Assembly: GCA_017992395.1 (NCBI GenBank)
Contig: JAGOOS010000001.1
Location: forward strand, 1-45,568
Length of the DNA: 45,568 nt
From: Candidatus Saccharimonadota bacterium
Lineage (GTDB): Bacteria; Patescibacteriota; Saccharimonadia; Saccharimonadales; Saccharimonadaceae
Direction of reading: 5' to 3'
In this document: one piece after another, positions 36,959 through 45,568 of the stretch
Layout: each line of letters starts with the position of its first letter
Position numbering within the stretch: position 1 is the stretch's first letter
Notes under the pieces: model-generated
Database searches by the model: none
What the model was told of the DNA's origin: nothing
What the model saw: only the letters and a program-made list of their open reading frames with translations
Made by a program: the position numbers and the translations under genes

Positions 36959-37148
36959 AAATGTACCTCCAATTTAAAGTCTTTCGACTATTGAATATAT
37001 ATAATTATACCATAATAAGTTCAATAAATCAAGCAAAACGAATAGCGTTGCAACTCTATAACCATTATAAAAAACTAATACCTACACTTTCAATATGGAT
37101 AAATATAACTTGGGTAAAGTAATACTATGTGGTAAAATAGTTATAATT

Positions 37149-38693
37149 ATGGCTACAATGAAAGAATTGCGCGACGAGCGCCTCAGAAAACTAGAAGAAA
37201 TAAAAAAATTAGGTATTAACCCGTATCCATCAAAGAGTAATCGAACTAATGATGCTGGCGAGATTATTGATAATTTTGAAGAATTTGAAGGAGATACGGT
37301 TACCGTGTCTGGACGTATTGCGGGAATTCGTAAATTCGGTAAGCTTGCTTTTATAGTTTTAAAGGATTTTAGTGGTCAAATTCAATTATTTTTGCGTGAT
37401 GGCGACGTTTCGCCGTTGGATGCTGAAAATGGAGTTCTAGGCTTAATAGAGATTCCGCTACTAGATAGCGGCGATTTCATCGAAGCTAGGGGTGAAGTGA
37501 TTAAAACTAAGACTGGTGAGATTTCAGTGGCCGTAAATAGCCTAAGGCTACTTGCAAAATCTCTAAGGCCGATGCCCACAAAGCAAGATGGCTTCACTAA
37601 TAAAGAAGAACGAATGCGTCGTCGCTATGTGGATATGAATGTTAATCAAGATGTTCGCGATCGTTTCGTGCGTCGCAGTAAATTCTGGCAAGCGACTAGA
37701 GATTACCTAAATAGCCATGGTTTCATTGAGATAAACGTGCCAGTTCTAGAACACACCACTGGTGGAGCAGATGCAAATCCATTCGTAACTCATATGGACG
37801 CGCTAGATAACGAGAAATTTTATCTTCGAATTAGCCACGAACTGCCGCTTAAAAGATTACTTGGTGCTGGTTATGAAAAAGTGTACGACATCGGACCGCG
37901 CTTTAGAAATGAGAACTATTCTGATGAACACCTTCCAGAGCATGTTGCGATGGAGTGGTATTGGGCGTACGCCAACTGGCAAGACGGCATGAACTTCATG
38001 GAAGAAATGTATAAATATGTTTTGCAAGAAACTTTTGGTAGCCTACAGTTTAAACTTGGTAAATTTGATGTGGATATGAGTAAAAAGTGGGAAATCTGGG
38101 ATTATGAAACTATAATCCGTGATAAATACGGCATTGATGTTTATAAATCTAGCTTAGATGAAGTAAAACAAACACTAAAAGATAATAATTTAGAGGTTGA
38201 GCAAACTGAAAATCGAGCACGCGGAATTGATAAACTATGGAAGAACATCCGAAAAGACGTAGCTGGTCCAGTTTGGCTTGTAAATACACCTAAATTTATC
38301 TCGCCGCTCTCGAAAGCTAATGAAAATAATAGTGAAGTAGTTGAGCGCTTTCAGCCAGTAATTGCCGGCTCTGAGCTTGGTAACGGTTTTTCTGAGCTAA
38401 ACGACCCAATTGATCAGCTCGATAGATTCGTTGAACAGCAAAATATGCGCGATGCTGGCGATGATGAAGCAATGATGCTTGATATTGACTTTGTCGAAAT
38501 GCTTGAATACGGCATGCCACCAGCTTGTGGTTGGGGTTATAGTGAGCGTGTCTTTTGGATTTTTGAAGGCGTAACAGCTAGAGAGGGTGTGCCATTTCCT
38601 CAGCTTAAAAGTGAATTAGATAAAACAACTCGCGAGATCTACCCAAACATACAATTAGGCGCTAAAGACAATGAAGAAGATTCTGAGAATTAA
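37149..38693 (+). CDS. lysS: Lysine--tRNA ligase (class II)
   Basis: GINPYP, FGKLAF, GGADANPF.T, YLRIS.EL.LKRL, FRNE, ELNDPIDQ and LEYGMPP. Start MATMKEL at 37149 lies downstream of TGGTAAAAT (track start 37095). Confidence 0.97.
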   Translation: MATMKELRDERLRKLEEIKKLGINPYPSKSNRTNDAGEIIDNFEEFEGDTVTVSGRIAGIRKFGKLAFIVLKDFSGQIQLFLRDGDVSPLDAENGVLGLIEIPLLDSGDFIEARGEVIKTKTGEISVAVNSLRLLAKSLRPMPTKQDGFTNKEERMRRRYVDMNVNQDVRDRFVRRSKFWQATRDYLNSHGFIEINVPVLEHTTGGADANPFVTHMDALDNEKFYLRISHELPLKRLLGAGYEKVYDIGPRFRNENYSDEHLPEHVAMEWYWAYANWQDGMNFMEEMYKYVLQETFGSLQFKLGKFDVDMSKKWEIWDYETIIRDKYGIDVYKSSLDEVKQTLKDNNLEVEQTENRARGIDKLWKNIRKDVAGPVWLVNTPKFISPLSKANENNSEVVERFQPVIAGSELGNGFSELNDPIDQLDRFVEQQNMRDAGDDEAMMLDIDFVEMLEYGMPPACGWGYSERVFWIFEGVTAREGVPFPQLKSELDKTTREIYPNIQLGAKDNEEDSEN

Positions 38694-39036
38694 ATTTACT
38701 TCAAGAAAAGTTTTACGGCTAGCACTAACTGCCGTTGGTGTTTTAACCCTCATAGGTACCGCATTACTAATAACCAATGAAAAAAGCCTACATGATACGA
38801 TAACTGACGTTATAATTCTGCTAGTCGGAGCAATCGCTCTAATTATGGCGGTTTTAACCGAAGCTGAATTAGAGAAGCAAGAGGCAAGATCAAAGCAAAT
38901 TCATAAAGAAGTACTAGATGCGCTTGAAGAAATACGCGACATAAATAAAGATAGTGAATACCTAAAGCGAAAATTGCGTGAAGACGTCCATATGGATAAA
39001 GAAATTTTAGCCCAGCTTGAAGCTGTAGAAAAGTAA
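38671..39036 (+). CDS. Hypothetical protein, two TM helices plus coiled-coil tail
   Basis: Two hydrophobic segments, then a charged helical C-terminus. Overlaps the 3' end of lysS. Confidence 0.7.
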   Translation: MKKILRIKFTSRKVLRLALTAVGVLTLIGTALLITNEKSLHDTITDVIILLVGAIALIMAVLTEAELEKQEARSKQIHKEVLDALEEIRDINKDSEYLKRKLREDVHMDKEILAQLEAVEK

Positions 39037-39072
39037 ATTTATTACTTACACAAGCTGCGCTTGTGGGAATCA

Positions 39073-39107
39073 TTGATACTCTATCTTGTTTATAATATAA
39101 TTATAAA
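39073..39107 (+). promoter_or_regulatory. Promoter with a palindrome over the -10
   Basis: TTGATA-17nt-TATAAT; TTTATAAT-ATA-ATTATAAA (39089-39107). Confidence 0.55.
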
Positions 39108-39328
39108 GTCAGCAAAATAATCTTTTGAATTATATTAAATAATGCGAGTAGGACTTCACTTATAATATTTTTGGTTTTACATACTTTACGAACGTTAATA
39201 ATCTTTATTCTAGTATTTGTATTTTAGGTTGTTTCCTACTATTTTTTGAGGCGCTAAATCTATGAGCTGTTTTGTAGTTTTAGTGCTTTTAAAAATATTT
39301 CCTAAATAAAAAACAGGGAGGAAACGAA

Positions 39329-39868
39329 ATGGTTGAAAATGCTACTGTTTCATTTTTCAAAAAAGAAGTTGCTAAAACGAACGATTGGTATAAAGTGGTT
39401 AAAGCTATGAATTTTGGATGGAACATTGCTGGGGATGCCATTAGGGTAATAGATGAGCGCAAAACTCAATGTATCACTGATTATTTAGAAAGTACTAATG
39501 AGGCCGATAATACAGAAGTGCTATTATTGGATTTTGATAACCCTGATGGTAATATAGTTAGGTATTGTATTGACGATTCAGACTTACTTGATGAGATAGC
39601 TATAGATTCTGCTTTCCCATACTATGTTGTAACTGAAAAGCACGTAATATCTTGCGAAGATGATTTCGAAATTCATATTAGATCGAAGTCTTCAAAATCT
39701 CAGTTAATTCTAACTAAGGGTGAGTATAACGGTGAATACATCTTAACTCTCGTGAGTCCACTGGCTGATGAAGAGTATGAAGAGCGCTATCCTCAAAAAG
39801 TTGACAGACAGGGATTCGTCGATGGTGGATATCAACATTTCTTCCATAAAGTGTTTCCTCGTGGGTAA
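39329..39868 (+). CDS. Hypothetical acidic protein
   Basis: 179 aa ORF with a strong GGGAGG RBS. No family recognised. Confidence 0.7.
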   Translation: MVENATVSFFKKEVAKTNDWYKVVKAMNFGWNIAGDAIRVIDERKTQCITDYLESTNEADNTEVLLLDFDNPDGNIVRYCIDDSDLLDEIAIDSAFPYYVVTEKHVISCEDDFEIHIRSKSSKSQLILTKGEYNGEYILTLVSPLADEEYEERYPQKVDRQGFVDGGYQHFFHKVFPRG

Positions 39869-39918
39869 AACCAAGAATAAAGACTTGAGCAAGTGAAAGC
39901 TACTCAAAAATCAAGCCT

Positions 39919-39944
39919 CAATCTACGGATTGGTTTTTTGCTTT
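39919..39944 (+). terminator. Terminator after the 179-aa ORF
   Basis: CAATC-TACG-GATTG followed by GTTTTTTGCTTTT. Confidence 0.6.
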
Positions 39945-39991
39945 TATCTGATATTCTTGAAAACACAACCGTTTTGATATATAATTAAGCT

Positions 39992-40984
39992 ATGAAAATT
40001 ATTGCTTATAGCGCTAGACAAGACGAACTCCCATATTTTGAGAAGTTTGCAAAAGAATTTGGCATAGAATACGCCACAACCACAAAAGAGCTAACTGGCG
40101 AAACGGCCAAACTCGCTAGGGGCTTTGACGCTATATCCACTTATACTTCAAATGGCAAAATTAATGAAGCCTGGGGTGTTTTAGAAGAATTAGGCGTAAA
40201 ATATGCCACCGTCAGAACGGCTGGTTATGACGGTATCGACTTAGAGGTAGTGAAAAACCATGGTATAAAACTATCTAATGTTCCACAGTATTCTCCTAGC
40301 GCGATTGCTGAATTTGCCGTCACGCTAACTTTGGCGGTTTTAAGAAAACTGCCACTTGCTTTAAGGCGATCAAGAGTTCAAGACTTTTCAGTCGAGGGGC
40401 TTTTAGGTAGAGAGCTAAACCAGATGACAGTTGGAATTATCGGTACTGGGCGCATAGGTTTAACTACAGCTAAAGTATTTAACGCGTTTGGTGCTAATGT
40501 GATCGGCTACGATGTTTATAAGAATGATAAAGCAAACGAAGTCTTAACATATAAAGATGATCTAAATGATTTATTCGCAGAGGCTGATATTATATCACTG
40601 CACGTGCCTTTGACTGCGGAAAACAAACACCTAATCAATCGAGAATCTCTTTCGAAGATGAAAGATGGTGTGATTATCATCAATACCGCACGTGGTGGAC
40701 ATATAGACGGCCAAGCTCTTCGCGACGCTTTAGTCGAGGGGAAAGTTGCGGCAGCTGGATTAGATGTATATGAATATGAAGAAGATTTACTTAAAAAAGA
40801 CTTGAGCAGCGAGATTATTCAAGATCAGGTTTACCGAGATTTAGCAGGCCTTCCGAATGTGATAATGACGCCTCATGTAGCGTTTAATACAGATGTGGCA
40901 GTTAGAAATATGGTGAAAATGTCAACCGAAAATCTAATCCATTTCGTAAGCGCCGGAACCAACGACAACGAACTGACCAAATAA
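39992..40984 (+). CDS. D-lactate/D-2-hydroxyacid dehydrogenase
   Basis: RTAGYD, NVP.YSP.AIAE, GTGRIG, ISLHVP, INTARG, LDVYEYE and TPHVAF. Confidence 0.92.
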   Translation: MKIIAYSARQDELPYFEKFAKEFGIEYATTTKELTGETAKLARGFDAISTYTSNGKINEAWGVLEELGVKYATVRTAGYDGIDLEVVKNHGIKLSNVPQYSPSAIAEFAVTLTLAVLRKLPLALRRSRVQDFSVEGLLGRELNQMTVGIIGTGRIGLTTAKVFNAFGANVIGYDVYKNDKANEVLTYKDDLNDLFAEADIISLHVPLTAENKHLINRESLSKMKDGVIIINTARGGHIDGQALRDALVEGKVAAAGLDVYEYEEDLLKKDLSSEIIQDQVYRDLAGLPNVIMTPHVAFNTDVAVRNMVKMSTENLIHFVSAGTNDNELTK

Positions 40985-41016
40985 ATTTATCAACTCAAAG
41001 AAAGTAGTTTAATATT

Positions 41017-42783
41017 ATGAAGAACATCACAAAAAATGTCTTATTATTAGGGTTAGCTATTGCGCTGGCTTTTTTGCCTTCAGCAAAAGTAGATGCGGCT
41101 AGTACTAATAATTTTTATTTTAAAGACTTTTCGGCAGAGTACACCCTAAGTAAGAATGACGATAATCGAGCAGTTATGAGGGTCCGCGAAGAAATTGTAG
41201 CGGTTTTTCCAAATTATGATCAAAATAGAGGCATTGAGCGCGCTATCCCAACTACATTTGATGGTCACAGAGTTTTTGATGGTAAAATAGAAGTTTGGCG
41301 CAATGGGTCCGAAGAAAGTATTGCTGATACAGAGAGCGGCGATGGTGTTAAGGTTTTCAGGATTGGAAAGAGTGATGTTTATGTTCAAGGTGAGCAAAAG
41401 TATACGATTGAATATACATTAACTGATGTAATTAAGGATTCGGGTGATTATCAAGAATTATATTGGGATGCAAATGGGACTGGCTGGACGCAAAGATTTG
41501 AAAATGTAAGTGCGACAGTTATTCTTGATGATTCGGTGAAAAACGACTTTAACGGTGAAATTATTTGTTTTGCTGGTGGGGTGGGAAGCTCGAATAACTG
41601 CTCATCAGAAAATATTGAAGATAATAAGATAACCTTTTCCGAGCAGAATCTATCGTCTTATCAGACTTTAACATTTGCTGCCAAGTTCAAGCAAAATAGT
41701 TTCTCCTTGTACAAAAAGAGTAATTTAGCTAATATTCTTGATATGGTGTTTTTTGTGATATCTATGGCTATATTCGGATTTGTCATATATTTATTATATA
41801 GAATTACTAGAGATGGTAAATCTGAAAAGACGAATAAACCAATTGTCCCACAGTATCTACCACCAAAAAATATCAACGTTTTAGGAGCCTCCACACTACT
41901 CTCTGTTTCTCAAGCTAAAATGTCGGCAATCATATTAGAATTAGCAGTGAACGGTTATATTGAAATTCATGAAAATGAGGTTAAGGGATTTCTAGGAAAG
42001 AAAAAAGAATACACGCTGAAATTAATTAACAGAGACGCAAAAGATTCTTTACATAAAGAAATTCTAGATTCCTTATTTAAAGGTAAAAGTGAATACATAA
42101 TTAAAAATAATGATACAAAAACCGGACAGGAGCTATATAGTGATATAAATACATATTTAACTAATTTCGAAAAAAGAGTGTTCTATAAATCAAATAAAAA
42201 ATTTGAAAAATTAAATGCAATTTCTTTTACGCTATGCATCATAGGTTTAATAATTGACTCAATGGCCATTGGCGGGCTAATGGAGAATTTAGGTTCGGAT
42301 TTATATTTTCTTCCAGTCGTTAGTCTAATTGTTCTACTTATTATTAATATTATTGCTTTGGGTATTTCGCCTCTAAGTCTGAAAGGATCTGAAATGAAGG
42401 AATATTTGCTAGGATTAAAAATGTATATGAAAATGGCCGAAGCCGACAGATTGAAATATTTACAAAGTGTTGAGGGCGCTGAAAGAATAATTTCTAATGA
42501 AGGTGGAGCGAAGGTTAAATTATATGAAAAGCTTATGCCATACGCTTCCATATTTGGTATTGAAAAGAGTTGGAACAGAGTTCTTGAAGTTGAGTACGGA
42601 GACTATACTCCAGATTGGTACGTAGGTCAGGGCGCGTTTAACGCTATGGCGTTTAGCTCGACTATGAACAATATTTCTTCAAGCATGAATAGTTACAGTT
42701 CTAGCACAGGATCGAGTGGAAGTGGTTTTTCTGGTGGCTCTGCTGGCGGCGGCGGAGGCGGAGGCGGAGGCGGCGGCTGGTAA
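41017..42783 (+). CDS. DUF2207 domain membrane protein
   Basis: Signal peptide, RGIERAIP, ELYWDANG.GW, TM helices, YEKLMPYA.IFG and C-terminal S/G-rich GGGGGGW. Confidence 0.92.
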   Translation: MKNITKNVLLLGLAIALAFLPSAKVDAASTNNFYFKDFSAEYTLSKNDDNRAVMRVREEIVAVFPNYDQNRGIERAIPTTFDGHRVFDGKIEVWRNGSEESIADTESGDGVKVFRIGKSDVYVQGEQKYTIEYTLTDVIKDSGDYQELYWDANGTGWTQRFENVSATVILDDSVKNDFNGEIICFAGGVGSSNNCSSENIEDNKITFSEQNLSSYQTLTFAAKFKQNSFSLYKKSNLANILDMVFFVISMAIFGFVIYLLYRITRDGKSEKTNKPIVPQYLPPKNINVLGASTLLSVSQAKMSAIILELAVNGYIEIHENEVKGFLGKKKEYTLKLINRDAKDSLHKEILDSLFKGKSEYIIKNNDTKTGQELYSDINTYLTNFEKRVFYKSNKKFEKLNAISFTLCIIGLIIDSMAIGGLMENLGSDLYFLPVVSLIVLLIINIIALGISPLSLKGSEMKEYLLGLKMYMKMAEADRLKYLQSVEGAERIISNEGGAKVKLYEKLMPYASIFGIEKSWNRVLEVEYGDYTPDWYVGQGAFNAMAFSSTMNNISSSMNSYSSSTGSSGSGFSGGSAGGGGGGGGGGGW

Positions 42784-42815
42784 GGCCTTTGAAGCTCTCG
42801 TCTAACTCTTAGATA

Positions 42816-42858
42816 AATACACTCTCTAAATTAATTTTAAGGAGAGTGTATTATTTTA
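42816..42858 (+). terminator. Hairpin/terminator after the DUF2207 gene
   Basis: AATACACTCTC/GAGAGTGTATT followed by ATTTT. Confidence 0.7.
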
Positions 42859-42914
42859 TAAACTTTTTGTTTAAAAAGCTTGACACAACAAGCTACTTGG
42901 TATAACATAGAACT

Positions 42915-43256
42915 ATGACAGACGAAGATAAAGCAATAAAATATGCCGCGCAAATGGCCACTCAGATGAGAAAAGGCTTTATCGCGTATTGTGTACTAAA
43001 AGTTTGTTCAAAGAAACCTGTATATACGAGCGATATCATTAATGATTTGCGAGATGCAGAACTAGTTGTAGTGGAAGGAACTATATACCCACTATTATCT
43101 AGATTGCAAAAAGAAGGCTTATTAAATCATGAGTGGCAAGAATCGGAACAGGGGCCACCTAGAAAATATTATCGTATCACGGATTTTGGTCGAGAAGTGA
43201 TGGATATAGTAGGCGCAGATATAGCAAACTTAAATAACACAATTAAAAAATTGTAA
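42915..43256 (+). CDS. PadR family transcriptional regulator
   Basis: QMRKG, VEGTIYPLLSRL and WQESEQGPPRKYY. Promoter TTGACA-17nt-TAACAT sits 6 nt before the ATG. Confidence 0.95.
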   Translation: MTDEDKAIKYAAQMATQMRKGFIAYCVLKVCSKKPVYTSDIINDLRDAELVVVEGTIYPLLSRLQKEGLLNHEWQESEQGPPRKYYRITDFGREVMDIVGADIANLNNTIKKL

Positions 43257-43263
43257 GGATAAT

Positions 43264-44895
43264 ATGAAAGAGATTTATAGAATACATCTAGCAAAAATAC
43301 CTTATGAAATCGAGGTTGATGCGAAAAAAGAATTAACAAAATACTTTGATGACCTAAGAAAATATGCAAATGATGAATCAATTTTTAACGATGTCGAAAT
43401 TCGAGTAACTGAAATCTTGAAAGACTTTGGAGTTAGTAGAGATGGGATCATATCGCTAGATGATGTGAAAAAAATTAAAAGCCAACTTGGAGACCCGGAA
43501 GTTTTTGCAGAGAGTGATATCGACTCCAAAGACCTCGTCTCGGCGCAGGATATAAATGAAGAATCAGCTAAAACTACTACCAAGAAAAAGTTATATCGCG
43601 ACCAGGCGAACGGAATGGTGGCTGGTATCGCGAGTGGCTTAAGTGAATATTTGAGCATAGATATAGTTTTTGTGAGAATTCTAATGTTAATATTTATTCC
43701 ACTAACATTTGGTTGGTTTATACCAGTATATCTAATCTTATGGATACTAATCCCAAAAGCTAAGACGGCATCAGATATCTTAAGGCTGCGTGGTGAGAAA
43801 GCATCGGCTCAATCTATAAAGAACGTGAATAATGAATATGATTTTTCTTTACTTGAAAGAAAAAATAACAGCGTAAAGAAAATCTTCGCAATTTTGCTTG
43901 GAGTCATCTCTATATTTGCGGCAGTAGGCGGCCTTGTATTAACCTTCGGTGTGAATTTAGCATTTGTAGGTCAAGCTAACGAGTCGGTCTATTCCAAGTC
44001 TTATGAAGGATTGCCAATGGCCTTATTTAGCGCCGCGGGTTTGCTGTTTGTGGCTTTTTGGATATTGCTTGCGTACATTAGTTTCACTAGAAAAGTTAAG
44101 ACTCAACAAATTATATCATTTGCAGTAATAATTTTCCTTGGAATATCCTCATTCGCTTCAGGATTTTACGCATTGGGCGCTGCTGAAACTAATTGGGATG
44201 CAAAAATCCAAGCAAGTATTAAAAAGCGAGCAGTTAAGATTGATTCGGATAAACTAGCAAAAATTAGTACTCTGGACATTAATTCGAATATCGATGTAGA
44301 ATATATTGTAAGTGATGAACGAAAAGTTGAGATTGTTGAGAGTGATTATCTTGACGACGAAAAAACTAATGTTGAGATGAATTTTGATAAAGAGACTCTT
44401 AATGTTGCGGTCAGCAAAGAAAACTTCTATTACGGCAACTTTGAAAAGCTTCTTATTTATGGTCCAGAGCTAAAAGATATTACTGACACCAGTAGTAAAC
44501 AAATTAAATATACATCTAAAGATCAAGACTCATTATCGGTTGTTCAGAAAGGATATGGTTCGGAGGTTAAGCTCAGTAACAGCGCTACTATTAAAAATCT
44601 GTCCATAAAACAAACAGAAGGTTCTAGTTTTGATGGTGAATATGTCGCTGTCGACAATCTGACAATTGATGCGAGCGACGGTGGTTCTTCTATTAAGCTA
44701 AGGTCGGCTAATGTTGCAAAAATATCCGCCAGCGAAATTTGTTACCGTGAATATGGAGAAGGAGATCCATACGAGGAGACCTCAATAAGTTTAAAATATG
44801 GTGATGCTTCAAAAATAACAGTTAACGAAAAGACGATTACTGTAGGTGTAGATATTCCTTGTTTAGATTTAACGATCGATCGTCCAATTAATTAA
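43264..44895 (+). CDS. PspC domain-containing membrane protein with a C-terminal beta-rich extracellular region
   Basis: N-terminal DVEIRVTE...LG.PE domain, KKLYRD....MVAGIASGLSEYL.ID...VR (PspC), several TMs and a repetitive beta-strand C-terminus. Confidence 0.9.
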   Translation: MKEIYRIHLAKIPYEIEVDAKKELTKYFDDLRKYANDESIFNDVEIRVTEILKDFGVSRDGIISLDDVKKIKSQLGDPEVFAESDIDSKDLVSAQDINEESAKTTTKKKLYRDQANGMVAGIASGLSEYLSIDIVFVRILMLIFIPLTFGWFIPVYLILWILIPKAKTASDILRLRGEKASAQSIKNVNNEYDFSLLERKNNSVKKIFAILLGVISIFAAVGGLVLTFGVNLAFVGQANESVYSKSYEGLPMALFSAAGLLFVAFWILLAYISFTRKVKTQQIISFAVIIFLGISSFASGFYALGAAETNWDAKIQASIKKRAVKIDSDKLAKISTLDINSNIDVEYIVSDERKVEIVESDYLDDEKTNVEMNFDKETLNVAVSKENFYYGNFEKLLIYGPELKDITDTSSKQIKYTSKDQDSLSVVQKGYGSEVKLSNSATIKNLSIKQTEGSSFDGEYVAVDNLTIDASDGGSSIKLRSANVAKISASEICYREYGEGDPYEETSISLKYGDASKITVNEKTITVGVDIPCLDLTIDRPIN

Positions 44896-44907
44896 GAAAG
44901 GTAGAGT

Positions 44908-45568
44908 ATGATAACAATTAGAAATATTACTAAAACTTACGGCAAGAAGAACAATAAATTTAAAGCGCTTGACGATGTAAGTTTCGAAATTGCCGACGGC
45001 GCTAGTGTCGCTATAATCGGAAAATCCGGAAGCGGAAAATCAACTTTGATGCACGTTATGAGCGGGTTGGACCATCCTGATAGTGGTGAAGTTGTGGTTA
45101 ATGGCGTTAATATATTATCTATGAAACAAAAGAGAATTGACGACTTTAGAGCTAAAGAAATGAGTTTTATTTTTCAAAGCTTTTTCGTTCAGGGTAATGA
45201 AACAATTGCTCAGAATGTGGGCCTACCTTTAGAAATTTCTGAAGTTCCACTTGCTAAAAGGTCAAGTCTGATCGACGGGGCTCTACAAAAAGTAGACTTA
45301 ATAGATAAGAAAAAGGCGAAAGCGCGCGAATTATCGGGTGGGCAAAAACAGAGGCTCGCAATTGCTAGAGCGATAGTCGACGACCATAAGATTATATTTG
45401 CCGATGAACCGACTGGAAATCTTGATTCTGTTACTAGTGCATTAATTGAAGATACATTATTTGATTATAATAAATCAAAAGGCGTAACTTTAATAATTGT
45501 TACTCATGATCAAGATTTAGCAGATAAATGTGATATGCAAATACATATTAAAGATGGCCGCATCGAAG
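44908..45568 (+). CDS. ABC transporter ATP-binding protein (LolD/MacB type); 3' end runs off the window
   Basis: Not in the ORF track. MITIRNITKTYG, GKSGSGKST, LSGGQKQRLAIARA, FADEPTGNLD and IVTHD. Confidence 0.95.
   Translation, partial: MITIRNITKTYGKKNNKFKALDDVSFEIADGASVAIIGKSGSGKSTLMHVMSGLDHPDSGEVVVNGVNILSMKQKRIDDFRAKEMSFIFQSFFVQGNETIAQNVGLPLEISEVPLAKRSSLIDGALQKVDLIDKKKAKARELSGGQKQRLAIARAIVDDHKIIFADEPTGNLDSVTSALIEDTLFDYNKSKGVTLIIVTHDQDLADKCDMQIHIKDGRIE

Noticed and set aside
42744..42780. GGC/GGA run as a special G-rich element
   Set aside because: It encodes the standard poly-Gly-Trp C-terminus of DUF2207 proteins and has only GG tracts.

Overview
Core-chromosome segment of a small-genome bacterium, most consistent with Candidatus Saccharibacteria (Patescibacteria/CPR). 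This is inferred from the compact gene order, the 'FTIIEVVLVLAIAGLIFLMVFIALP.LQRNQRD' pilin family, a WGPER-type DUF11/LPxTG surface protein, and the absence of pyrH/cdsA/dxr from the rpsB-tsf-frr-uppS-rseP-proS cluster. TGA serves as a stop codon. Housekeeping content: priA (partial), recJ, rpsU, adk, map, tRNA-Thr/tRNA-Tyr, ftsA-ftsZ-nrdR, tag-arsC-ileS under an Ile T-box, rplU, parA-parB, lepB, htrA, prfA-prmC, ung, rpmE2, rpsB-tsf, frr-uppS-rseP, greA-proS, lysS, D-LDH, DUF2207, and padR-pspC-ABC (partial). Lineage-specific ORFans with their own promoters are interspersed. No transposase, integrase, CRISPR array or rRNA was seen. Most notable observations: (1) a type IV pilin gene at the usual pyrH position, with a G-quadruplex-type tandem repeat just before the cleavage site and an abrupt switch from A/C-ending to G/T-ending codons at the end of the conserved N-terminal block (candidate pilin-variation locus); (2) a membrane-anchored ORFan whose only Cys lies in a CGGQ motif resembling a thioester site, next to an isopeptide/LPxTG protein; (3) a compact T-box with a non-canonical terminator; (4) a tandem pair of Sm/LSm-like small proteins; (5) an ART-fold-like ORF beside ung; (6) a Cys-free NrdR; (7) an HHGT variant of the IleRS HIGH motif; (8) many apparently leaderless genes. 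All functional calls come from motif recognition by eye; no searches were run.
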